Positions 32,154 through 42,145 of a stretch of DNA of 64,000 nt are shown in pieces (position 1 is the first letter of the stretch; each line of letters starts with the position of its first letter). The stretch comes from Trichomonas gallinae (lineage: Eukaryota). The notes under the pieces are model-generated. The model saw nothing but the letters and a program-made list of their open reading frames with translations, did not search any database and was not told the DNA's origin. The stretch lies in contig MRSU01000563.1 of assembly GCA_008369845.1 (NCBI GenBank), forward strand, positions 1 to 64,000, in the 5' to 3' direction. The position numbers and the translations under genes are program-made.

Positions 32154-33191
32154 ATGCATCATCATTTCTTTCAGGTTTGTATTCAGCGTCATATTTGCGT
32201 GAGATCTCTATCTATGGCATGGGAAGATTATTATGGATCATCAAGATATCAATTAATCAATAGTTCAACAATCAATTTTACAAGCAATAAAAACTATTTT
32301 GCAAAGTATGTTAAATACAATAAATTAAACACTTTTGCTATATATTACGTCAAATATAATAAATCCAATGTAAACTTTCTTATAGAAAGCTGCTCATTCA
32401 GTGAAATTCTTCATTCAAATGAAGGTCAAAGTGGTGCTATATTCATTATTAATCATCCAGGAAATGTTGCAGTTGCCAAAACAAGCGCATCCAAATGCTA
32501 TTATACAGTAAGTTCAACAAACTACTGTTATGACACTTTATCAGGCAATTTTCTGACAATTCAATATGGTAGCACAGTGAGATTTATTGATTCAACAGTG
32601 GAGGCATGTGGGGAGAACTATAAAGGATTTTCTCCATTTAAGTTTCAATATTTGAATTCTACTACAAAGAGAATCAATGTTAGTAGCTGCAGTTGTTTAG
32701 GTGCAGCAATTTTCTCTGCAAAGCCAAATGAAAACAATGGTGATTCTGCTATTAACTGCTGCTTCGTTAACAATACTGTTAGTGAAGGTGATATATATTG
32801 GCAGAGTGGCGTCGTAATACTTGCAAAATATATCTATTCTATAAAACGTTGCATTTTCACATTGAATAAAATTGATGCATTAACAATGACTTTCAAAAAC
32901 TCTAGCATAAATATCATTCAGTCTGCTTTCATTATAAATCAAGCTAGATTTCTACACACTGCTTTAGATCATTATAAAGGGATTATATCATGCATAGTTC
33001 TAAATTGTTATTTTGAAAACTCAACGAATGACATTAATGCTGAAGTGGCGGTAAATGACAAGAAGAATATCACTAGCTTGTTCACAGAATTAAAAAAGGA
33101 AATTCTTACACCTGTTATCATGCCCCAACCTACAGACTATCCTAACTATTTACGCCCACGTTTCATTTATTTTCGTCAAGTAATTTATTAA
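32154..33191 (+). CDS. Uncharacterised WxDY[YF] family protein (paralog 3)
   Basis: WEDYY, FLIESCSF, NFLTIQYGSTVRF, FKFQYLNSTTKRINVS, IKRCIF, SAFIIN. Start uncertain (32154 or 32214). Confidence 0.83.
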   Translation: MHHHFFQVCIQRHICVRSLSMAWEDYYGSSRYQLINSSTINFTSNKNYFAKYVKYNKLNTFAIYYVKYNKSNVNFLIESCSFSEILHSNEGQSGAIFIINHPGNVAVAKTSASKCYYTVSSTNYCYDTLSGNFLTIQYGSTVRFIDSTVEACGENYKGFSPFKFQYLNSTTKRINVSSCSCLGAAIFSAKPNENNGDSAINCCFVNNTVSEGDIYWQSGVVILAKYIYSIKRCIFTLNKIDALTMTFKNSSINIIQSAFIINQARFLHTALDHYKGIISCIVLNCYFENSTNDINAEVAVNDKKNITSLFTELKKEILTPVIMPQPTDYPNYLRPRFIYFRQVIY

Positions 33192-34186
33192 TAATTTATT
33201 CAGTTAATATCTTTATTACCATCATATTGGTTGTCAGTTATATTTTAATTCTATTAATTTAAATTCTCATAATTTAATTAATGAAATTGAAAATCTCATA
33301 ATTTAACTAAAATCACTCAAATTCAAAATTGGAACAAACTAATTTAAAGTGTAGTGACTAAATAGTTAAAATATAATAATATCATTTTCAGAATTATAAA
33401 TATTCCAATAAAAACGAAATATCTGCATCAATATGATTTCCAGATATTTGTAAATTAATTTAACTATTAACGTTTCATTTATTTTCGTCAAATATTCAAA
33501 CGCACCTTGAAAATGGCTTATTTTATTATTGATTTATGTACATTTGGATTTATTATAATGCTATAGAACACAATACTAATCAAATAATCAATTAGTGCCT
33601 ATAAAAAGATTTAAATTAATTCTTTCGAATTAGGCACGAAATATAACTAAATTGAGTATATCACATAGAAACACTTAAGTTAGAATCATAGAGTTTTAAT
33701 AGTGCTAGAATCAATAGCTATTTACGTTATTTAAATAAATATTTTTTTTTTTTTCGAAATGAGCCTATTCATCCATAATAATGACAAAATTTGATTGAGA
33801 ATACTATTATTTAATCTTTTATTGTTCTAAATGATTCTCAAATTAATTCGACAAATAAAATATTTGCAAAAAAAAAAAACGATTTTTATCAACTTAACCT
33901 TATTAGTTATAAAATTTTATAAACGAAATTTTTGTGTCTTAAACAAATTCTGGGGAAAGTCAGTTGTTATCAAAAGTGGAGCTTTTCATTAATAAATAAA
34001 AATTCAATTTATACTAGACTGTATGTAGTGCATTTTTATAAGATTTTAAAATTGAAGCAAAAAACAATAAAAAGATATAATATATTCATTATGTCAAATA
34101 GATGCATTTACAAAAATAAATTAAAATGATATACGTTAAATATTCAATAGAAATTTTCAATGAAACTGTAAAATGTTTTGAATAAA

Positions 34187-35263
34187 ATGTTTTCCTGCCT
34201 CAGCCAAGCCTTAGTTTCGCATTTAGAATCTGGGAAACTGCTATCTATGGCATGGAATGATTACTACGAAGATCAATACTATCGATTAATAGATAATTCA
34301 ACAAATTCTTTTACTCGTAATAACAATTATTACGCAAAATTTGTTGAGTATAATAGATTTAACCATATTGCAATATTTTATGACGTGTTTGGAGATTCTA
34401 ATGTGAATTTTCTTATTGAAAGCTGCAAATTCATTCAAGACATTACAAATGTACAATCTTATGAGATGCATGAAAATAAATGTGGTTCTATATTCATTCT
34501 AAATTATCCAGGAAATACAGCTGTTGTTAAAACAACGGCTTCAAAGTGCTATAATGCAGCAATACCGAGTTATCCAAATTTAACTGCTGGAAATTTTCTG
34601 ACTGTTACACTAGGTAGTACAGTAAGATTCTTTGATTCAGCATTAGATTCATGTGGAGAAGATTTTAAAGGTTGTTCTCCATTTCGATTTCAGTATTTGA
34701 GCTCCAATACAAAAAGGGTTAATGTAAGTAACTGCAGGTGTAGTGATTGCGCGATATATTGCTCTTATCCTAATGATAATCAGCTCGATAATGCAACAAA
34801 TTGCTATTTTGTTAAGAATAGTGCTCCAAATTCCTCGGGTTTAATACGTGGCGTTTATATATGCTATAAAAATACATACACAATCAATCGTTGCATATTT
34901 GAGTCCAACAACATTCAAACATTAACAGTCTCGCATCGAGCTTCCACTCTCAAAATAATAGAGACTGCTTTTATTAATAACGCGAATAAATACATATATT
35001 CTGCTACGTTCTCGAATGGTGAAATTCATGAACCTATCTGTACAATTCAAGGATGCTTTATCGAAAATACTAGAATTGATTATCGTCCTCCAGGATATAA
35101 TCAATTTTATTTTTTCGATAATAGAAATCACGAAAATTTGCGTTCCGAATTGGAAAAGGAAATTGTTCCAACAATATGGACTACACTTGATATTTGGGAT
35201 AAAACAGATGCTCCCAATGTTTACAAGAATCGAGCTATATTTGCTCGTGAAATTCAATACTAA
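34187..35263 (+). CDS. Uncharacterised WxDY[YF] family protein (paralog 4)
   Basis: WNDYY, FLIESCKF, NFLTVTLGSTVRF, FRFQYLSSNTKRVNVS, INRCIFESN, TAFINN. First ATG at 34187. Confidence 0.87.
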   Translation: MFSCLSQALVSHLESGKLLSMAWNDYYEDQYYRLIDNSTNSFTRNNNYYAKFVEYNRFNHIAIFYDVFGDSNVNFLIESCKFIQDITNVQSYEMHENKCGSIFILNYPGNTAVVKTTASKCYNAAIPSYPNLTAGNFLTVTLGSTVRFFDSALDSCGEDFKGCSPFRFQYLSSNTKRVNVSNCRCSDCAIYCSYPNDNQLDNATNCYFVKNSAPNSSGLIRGVYICYKNTYTINRCIFESNNIQTLTVSHRASTLKIIETAFINNANKYIYSATFSNGEIHEPICTIQGCFIENTRIDYRPPGYNQFYFFDNRNHENLRSELEKEIVPTIWTTLDIWDKTDAPNVYKNRAIFAREIQY

Positions 35264-35603
35264 TACACAGCGATGGTTTGATCTGTCACTCGCTCAGCCA
35301 TTATTTTCATTCAATAATTTATAATTTTGTTATTTGGTTCGAAATAAACATAGATGATATATTTATAATAGGGTGGCCATAGGCTTCATATTGACAATTA
35401 AGCAGCAACAAAAATAAGACATGTTCAGCTGTCATATTTTTGTGGATACGATTATTTTCAATTCAAATTTCAATACAATTCAATATGAAAACAATCACAA
35501 ACATGATTATGATAAATATCTTCAGTATCTTTCACGCCCGTAAAATAAACTATTGAAATACACGCATTCACACCCGTAAATCACCTGTCTTATTTTATTA
35601 TAT

Positions 35604-38600
35604 ATGTTTCAAGGGCAAAATAAGAAAAATATAGGCCCCTCAATTGACAGTCATAACACAAAAGAGTACGCGAATATTAGAGAAAGACATCGACAGAAGT
35701 ACACTGATCCTGAAAAAGCGATCGAATTTATTCAAAAGTCAATACAACAAGCAGAGGATAAAAGTGAACAAGAAGGAAATTATTCTGATAATTTATCAAA
35801 GGTTTTACTAGAACATTTCCCAGATTTTACAGAAATTATTAAATTCGCACCACAAGTAAAAAACAATAATCTTAGCACTGAACTTATTAACATGATTGGG
35901 TCAATTAATTACAACGAAACAAATAACTTTCCTTCATCAATAACAAATTTATTTTTTGAACAAAAAGATTTCTTGTTTCATCAAAAACTAATACTAATAC
36001 TCAATCAAAAAAGAAACAATCTCGAGCCTCAAACTCTCTATAATTTTATAATTAACTTATGCTTGAATTCATATGAACATGCTGACACTATTTTAAATTT
36101 TCTTGATGAAAAAACATGGAAACTATGGGATCAAGAGCGTCATAAAGAGCTGAAAGCACAAATTAAGGAAATTAAAAATACAACAGATACAGGCAAATTG
36201 AGATTTTTCAATATTTATCCTGACGATAATTCCATAAAACAACAAATTCATTGCGAAAATAAATTCCAAAACGGCTATTCAGAAAATAAAGAATTATATC
36301 AAACAATTATTAATCTCGAAAAGGAAAACTTCATCTGTCCATTAAGGAAACAACTTGCAAAAATTGGATCACAAAATTTTGATGACAGAGATTTATTTTT
36401 ATATCAGGGCCAACTTTATCCTTATTCTATCAAGGATTTAAGCTTGTTTGAAGATACAACAGGATTTATTAAATTTAGGCCATATAGTTATAATAACTCA
36501 AATAAATTTAAAATTGACTGGGATAATGAAGAAAGATTGAGAAATGGTAGCATTTTGCTTTTCTCGCGTAATCCTAAATGCTCTTACATCGACGCAATAT
36601 GCATCAGCACTGTTCCCAGTTTCACTAAACCAGATCTCAGCAAGATAGTCATTAATCTGCTGAAAGAAGGAATCTGCCCCATTAGACAAGTCAGTGGAAG
36701 ACTTGTTCCTGAAATAATTTATTACATATTTGAGCCAACTGAGATTTTCAGGGTATCAGAGATTCGAATGCATGGAATCAAATCACTCAATAAAACGTCA
36801 TTTAGCAACCTGCAGCCTCAAATTGTCAAGCATAATTTCACACAAAAACGTTCACAAGACATTAACGATATTATGTATGATTACAAAGTTCTTGAAAAAG
36901 CTACATATGGAGACCATGTAATGAAGAGAGCTACTGATAATATGTATGATAGCTGTGATTCTGAGTGGATCAATGAGAGTTTACGAGTCGACTCAGAACA
37001 ATATGCTGCCATCAAACACTTCATTAACTATCCACTCACATTAGTCAACGGTTATCCTGGCACAGGTAAAACCCATCTTGCAATTGAAGCGGTTAGATTG
37101 CTTCTCAATTCAACATTGAGCACCCCAATTGTCGTCGTCACGCAGACAAATCATTCATTAGATGCCTTCCTTGAGAATCTCATCGCCAAAGGAAATGTTA
37201 ATCCAGAGAAAATCCTTAGGCATGGTGGCAAATTCAGAACTGAAAATAATTCAGTCAGAGCGAGAAATTTGACAAAAGATATGATGAGAGAGTATTATAC
37301 GAAGTCAGGCTTCTTCAAGGAGAAAGAATTTAGAAAAGACTCATGCTTCAAGATTAACATGTACAACTACCTTCTCTGCGAAATTTATAGATTGGCACAA
37401 AAAGTTGATGAATATCGAAAGAACAAAAAAGGTGAACTTTTCCACCAAATCATCGATGGCATATATGAATTTATGCTTCCTATGGCTCCAAACTTCAGTT
37501 TCTATGATATCTACAGTTTTCCATTCAATCCAAACGAAATCAAAAAGATTTCGAAAAAACCAGATCCAAAGGAATACATCTATTTCTGGCTAGCAGGCTG
37601 GGAGACCTACAAAAAGAAGATGAATGAACTATCCAAGGAATACCAAATTGATATCGTGAACGACATGAGTCCAAATATTGTTATTGAAGATTACGATCGA
37701 GACAAACTCATCGATAAAGACAGAGATAACAGAGGTGCAGGTCTTAGTGTGATGACAGAATATGAAAAAATCCATGAATTCAGACAAACGAGTTGGAATA
37801 ATAATGCCAGGAAAGGAAATAGTAATTACAAGGAAGAAAATGATGACGACAATGATATTAATGTTGATGATGATACAGATAAAAATGTAACAGAAATTTC
37901 TAGCGTCATTTACTCATGTGAGCAAATTAGAAAAGTTTTCAGGGACAATGACATTGAACATTTGATTCTTGATGCAATTAAAAAATCAGTTCACAACGAA
38001 AACCGCATATTCGATGAACTTTTGAATCTTCTTCAGCTCATCTTGACAGTTGTCACAAGTAAAAGAGACAACAAAATCGCAAACTTGGAGTCAAACAAGC
38101 CTTCATTTGACAGAGAGCAAAACTTTGCATTGTCACTGCTATACAAGAAGCATAAAGTCATTGGCTTAACAGCAAGTTATGCATCAATGTTTAAATCTGC
38201 TCTTGATCAATGCGGCTGCCAATTTATGATCATCGAAGAAGCAGGCGAACTCACAGAGGCAACAACGATTTCACTGCTTCCAAACAACATAACACACTTG
38301 ATGATGATTGGTGACTATCAGCAACTTCGTCCAAAAGTTGAATACGAACTACGCGAATCGAAAAATCCAAAATACGCATACGACATTTCAACATTTGAGC
38401 GTCTTGTTCGAGCAGAGAAAACAAAGCAGAAACAAGACCAAGCACGATATGATCTATTTCTTCTCACAGCTCAGCGCCGTATGCATCCGCAAATCTCATC
38501 AATCATCCGAGAATTTTTCTGTCCAGAATTGATTGACAAAGCTCCAGAATTTGATAATATTGATGGACTCTCCTCTCATTTAAACTTTGTTCTTAGCGAT

Positions 38601-41339
38601 TTCTCTGAAGATGACATGAAGAACAGCCGATCTAAAATCAATCAGGACGAAGCTAAATATGCAGTTGCACTTGTCTTCTTCTTCTTGTACAGGGGAGTAG
38701 AGCCTAAAAATATTTCGGTTGTTGCCCTTTATAAAGGTCAGACAAGGAATATTCGTGCTCTTCTTGGCAAAACATATCAAGATAAGAAAGATAGAGGCGA
38801 TTTTGAAACGTACGACCCATTAAGGGGTGATGATATTAGCGAAATCACTGTTCAGTGCATGGACAACTATCAAGGCGAAGAAAATGACGTCATCATTGTT
38901 GCAACAACGAGGTCGGAAGCTGTCGGCTTCATTGCAGAAGAGAATCGCCACCTTGTCTCGCTTTCACGTGCTAAGCGTCATCTTGTTGTCCTTGGCAACA
39001 GCACGCTTCTCAAAGAGAAAAAAGCAGATAAATGGCCAAAGATCATCGACTATGTTAAAGAAAAATATCCAGACTGTATCTCGGAAGGAATCAAAATTAA
39101 ATGCATGCACAGCCAGAGAACTATATTGCTCAAGACTCCACAACTTTTATGGAAGCATATATTTGGTAACTGCGACGTTGTAAAACCTGTTGATCTTCCA
39201 TGTGGGCATAAAGGTAAAATCGGATGTGGGTTAAAGAACCCAATGCCATGCACAGAGAATTGTTCACATAAATGCAAAAATGGACATGAGTGCACGGGAA
39301 TCTGTTGGCTCTGCCAAAAGAAAGGACATCCTCCATGTAATGTACAAGTTCCATTTACCTGCAAATATAACCACAAAACCACAGTAATGTGTTATGAACA
39401 AGTCAACAATACTGCAAAATGTCATCATAAATGCGATAAACCTATACTTAGATGTGGACATAAATGTGCTCTTGAATGCTGCCATATACAAGAATCAAAA
39501 CCTTGCGATTGTCTTGTTAAAATTCCAATAGAATGTGACAATTGTGGAACCAAACAGGAATATTTTTGCGGCCACGAATTTCACTGTCAAGCGCCATGCA
39601 AAGAAATTCTTTACTGTGGTCATCAATGCCAAATGAAATGCTCTGAGCGTTGCAAGTGCACGAAAGCCTGCAAATACGTTTTTCCATGCGGCCATAACTG
39701 TGATAAGAAATGCAACGATGAAGATGATAATGAGCACCAGCATCTTCACTGCCCTTACTGCAGCGAACATGAAAACAAAACAGAGCAAAACGATTACAGT
39801 TGTGGTGAATGTGGTACATTCTGTGACAACAACTCTCAGACGCTTTCATGTGGTCATCAATGCGACAAGAAGTGCAAGACATGCAGAGCACAGTGTCGCG
39901 GAAAGGTTGGCGATCCATGCATAATCGGTTGCAAGCATCATGATCAAATTCCTGTGAAACTTGAAGGAACACTTTTCAAGTCAAATCTCTGCGGATGCAT
40001 CATGACAATGGAAGAAGCGGAGCAGAGCATCAAGGAACAGTACCATAGGATGATGGAACCATCAACTGAAAATCCAGAACAAATCCACCTCATCATGTGT
40101 CCTAAATGCCATGACAAGCCTATCACTAATTCATGGACATTCATGAATGAAATCAACAGTGCCAATGAACTTGTTAAGAAGCGTAACTCGGTGATAGATG
40201 TACTTGAAAGGAGCATCAAATTATCAAAAGGCCGAAATGAACAAGATGGCATCGTCATTCATGAGGAATTTCGTCACAACTACAAGTTTGTTCATTGCAA
40301 TTGCGGTCAAATCAACTATTTTGACGCCTCGCCACCGGTGGATAAACCTATGAAATGCACAAATTGCAAGATGATCTATCAATTTGTTGAAAAGCAAGAA
40401 GAAAAAGAACTACAACTTCAGCCAATTGATAATGAAGAACAAATTGAGGAGAAAGCACAGACAATATCTATTAAACGTCCTCTATCTTATGCTCTTAGCA
40501 TTGAAAGACCAAAACATCATGCACCAGACCCAACTATGATCATCAACAGCTCACTTTCTAATTCAACACAGCCAAAACTCGAGATGCAGCCAATCTCAGA
40601 GCCAATTTATAAACCTAAGCAGAATCAAAACAAATCACGCCAAAATCAGAACCAAAATGAAGTTAACCAAAGTAATGATAAACAGCAGAATCAAAATAAG
40701 AAGAATCAAAACAAAGAGAAGCAGCAGAATAGAAGAAATGGACCGAAACAAATTTCCCCTGAAACAAAGAATGAACAAAGAAAAGATAATCAACGTAAAC
40801 GAAGTGACTCGAACAAATCTGGAAGACAAAACAAAAATTCTAGCAAGAAACAGACTCAGCAAAAATCCGAAGAGTCTCTTCCTCCATATCCTAAACCTTC
40901 TTCTTCTCAACAACAGAACGATCGAATACAAGAACAACAGCTAGAAGAAAAGCCATCATCTAATCAAGATATGCTCAGGCAAATATGCAATTTTATACGT
41001 GCCAATTCGCAGAATGTTCCGAATGTCAATAAAATAATTGGTGGATTGGTCCGACGAGATCGTGACTCAATAGATGAAGTTATTGGAATTATTTACACAT
41101 TCCATGAAGATCCTGATACATTTATCGATTATTTAAATAGTGATGAATACCTTAATCAAAGCAAAGCTAAAACAGCCTCTAATCCAAGTGAATCTTCAAC
41201 TCCTTCTCCAACTCCACCGGAAATGAAGCAAAAGAAAAACCAAAACCAAAATGCCAATAAACAGCCAAAGAAGAATCAGAAGAAAGATGACAAGAATAAA
41301 TTCAAGGAATATAAACCAAATCGCAAACCAGAAGAATAA
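35604..41339 (+). CDS. ZNFX1: ZNFX1-like UPF1-family (SF1) RNA helicase with NF-X1-type zinc fingers
   Basis: GYPGTGKT, TNHSLDAFLE, IIEEAG, IGDYQQLRP, STFERL, QRRMHPQI, YKGQ, DNYQGEENDVII, VSLSRAK. A long array of LxCGHxC repeats follows, then a Q/N/K low-complexity tail. Confidence 0.9.
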   Translation: MFQGQNKKNIGPSIDSHNTKEYANIRERHRQKYTDPEKAIEFIQKSIQQAEDKSEQEGNYSDNLSKVLLEHFPDFTEIIKFAPQVKNNNLSTELINMIGSINYNETNNFPSSITNLFFEQKDFLFHQKLILILNQKRNNLEPQTLYNFIINLCLNSYEHADTILNFLDEKTWKLWDQERHKELKAQIKEIKNTTDTGKLRFFNIYPDDNSIKQQIHCENKFQNGYSENKELYQTIINLEKENFICPLRKQLAKIGSQNFDDRDLFLYQGQLYPYSIKDLSLFEDTTGFIKFRPYSYNNSNKFKIDWDNEERLRNGSILLFSRNPKCSYIDAICISTVPSFTKPDLSKIVINLLKEGICPIRQVSGRLVPEIIYYIFEPTEIFRVSEIRMHGIKSLNKTSFSNLQPQIVKHNFTQKRSQDINDIMYDYKVLEKATYGDHVMKRATDNMYDSCDSEWINESLRVDSEQYAAIKHFINYPLTLVNGYPGTGKTHLAIEAVRLLLNSTLSTPIVVVTQTNHSLDAFLENLIAKGNVNPEKILRHGGKFRTENNSVRARNLTKDMMREYYTKSGFFKEKEFRKDSCFKINMYNYLLCEIYRLAQKVDEYRKNKKGELFHQIIDGIYEFMLPMAPNFSFYDIYSFPFNPNEIKKISKKPDPKEYIYFWLAGWETYKKKMNELSKEYQIDIVNDMSPNIVIEDYDRDKLIDKDRDNRGAGLSVMTEYEKIHEFRQTSWNNNARKGNSNYKEENDDDNDINVDDDTDKNVTEISSVIYSCEQIRKVFRDNDIEHLILDAIKKSVHNENRIFDELLNLLQLILTVVTSKRDNKIANLESNKPSFDREQNFALSLLYKKHKVIGLTASYASMFKSALDQCGCQFMIIEEAGELTEATTISLLPNNITHLMMIGDYQQLRPKVEYELRESKNPKYAYDISTFERLVRAEKTKQKQDQARYDLFLLTAQRRMHPQISSIIREFFCPELIDKAPEFDNIDGLSSHLNFVLSDFSEDDMKNSRSKINQDEAKYAVALVFFFLYRGVEPKNISVVALYKGQTRNIRALLGKTYQDKKDRGDFETYDPLRGDDISEITVQCMDNYQGEENDVIIVATTRSEAVGFIAEENRHLVSLSRAKRHLVVLGNSTLLKEKKADKWPKIIDYVKEKYPDCISEGIKIKCMHSQRTILLKTPQLLWKHIFGNCDVVKPVDLPCGHKGKIGCGLKNPMPCTENCSHKCKNGHECTGICWLCQKKGHPPCNVQVPFTCKYNHKTTVMCYEQVNNTAKCHHKCDKPILRCGHKCALECCHIQESKPCDCLVKIPIECDNCGTKQEYFCGHEFHCQAPCKEILYCGHQCQMKCSERCKCTKACKYVFPCGHNCDKKCNDEDDNEHQHLHCPYCSEHENKTEQNDYSCGECGTFCDNNSQTLSCGHQCDKKCKTCRAQCRGKVGDPCIIGCKHHDQIPVKLEGTLFKSNLCGCIMTMEEAEQSIKEQYHRMMEPSTENPEQIHLIMCPKCHDKPITNSWTFMNEINSANELVKKRNSVIDVLERSIKLSKGRNEQDGIVIHEEFRHNYKFVHCNCGQINYFDASPPVDKPMKCTNCKMIYQFVEKQEEKELQLQPIDNEEQIEEKAQTISIKRPLSYALSIERPKHHAPDPTMIINSSLSNSTQPKLEMQPISEPIYKPKQNQNKSRQNQNQNEVNQSNDKQQNQNKKNQNKEKQQNRRNGPKQISPETKNEQRKDNQRKRSDSNKSGRQNKNSSKKQTQQKSEESLPPYPKPSSSQQQNDRIQEQQLEEKPSSNQDMLRQICNFIRANSQNVPNVNKIIGGLVRRDRDSIDEVIGIIYTFHEDPDTFIDYLNSDEYLNQSKAKTASNPSESSTPSPTPPEMKQKKNQNQNANKQPKKNQKKDDKNKFKEYKPNRKPEE

Positions 41340-41509
41340 TGATAAGGATTTTGTTTTTTTATAAATTATATTATTTATTGTTTTAACTTTTGTACTTTAT
41401 ATAAAACCATATGTTACGATACAAATACATTAATAATGATGAAAAATACATATTTAAGAAAATTCATACGATTAAACTCAAAAAACAATAACAAACAGTA
41501 AGTAAAAAA

Positions 41510-42049
41510 TCACTCAGGGATTTGTAAATTTGGATCCATTGTTGCTGGAATCTGATCTTGTTGAGCTTGGTATGGAAATTTCGATGCAATCGTTGCCCAG
41601 CGATTCTTTATGTGTATATCGGTACGGTCTGGGAATGATTTCGCTATAATTGACCATTGTCTGCCGTATTCTTGATATTTTTGAATCAAAAGTGCATCTT
41701 CCTCCGGCGACCATTGGCGAAGGTTTACTTCTGGCCTTAGGTAGTTTTTCCAACGATCACGGCACTGCCTTGCGTTTCTGTTTTTAAGGATTGCTGCGAT
41801 AACTTTCCAATCGTAACCGTATTGTTGCACTAATCTTTTGAGAGTCTCATCCTCTTCAGGCGTGAACTTATGTTTACGCGTGTTTTTATTCGTAGGAGCA
41901 GCATTTCCTTGGTTCTGATTCATTCCATCAAAAGTCTGGTAATTGGCCATGTATTCATGCAGTTGTGCAACAGTTGCTAAGTTGATGTTAGGGTCATACT
42001 GAGGAGGCGGAAGAGGAAGATTTTGAGGCTGTTCGCCTTCTTTCTCCAT
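41510..42049 (-). CDS. R2R3 Myb transcription factor
   Basis: KFTPEED..W..RNARQCRDRW, WSPEED..W..RTDIHIKNRW. ATG at 42049 follows TCACTTTT. Confidence 0.95.
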   Translation of the reverse strand: MEKEGEQPQNLPLPPPQYDPNINLATVAQLHEYMANYQTFDGMNQNQGNAAPTNKNTRKHKFTPEEDETLKRLVQQYGYDWKVIAAILKNRNARQCRDRWKNYLRPEVNLRQWSPEEDALLIQKYQEYGRQWSIIAKSFPDRTDIHIKNRWATIASKFPYQAQQDQIPATMDPNLQIPE

Positions 42050-42053
42050 TTTG

Positions 42054-42061
42054 AAAAGTGA
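42054..42061 (-). promoter_or_regulatory. Trichomonad-type initiator (Inr) TCACTTTT; similar TCAYT elements precede several other ATGs
   Basis: TCAY(T/A) within about 25 nt of the ATG at 10108, 17522, 28490, 30691, 42049, 51189, 54113 and 62619; matches the known trichomonad Inr. Confidence 0.65.
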
Positions 42062-42145
42062 CAAAAGTGCCGCCAAAAATTGTTGACAATTTTTTTTTTG
42101 TCAAATAATCATGTTTTTGTCATGTAAATTAGACATGATTTTTTT

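Noticed and set aside
35247..35270. ACTAATACACAG (35259-35270), an 11/12 match to the trichomonad intron branch/3' splice motif ACTAACACACAG, overlapping the stop of paralog 4
   Set aside because: I saw no good 5' splice site upstream. The nearest GT (GTGAAA) gives a 24-nt intron that merely shortens the C-terminus, and the unspliced end already matches the paralogs.
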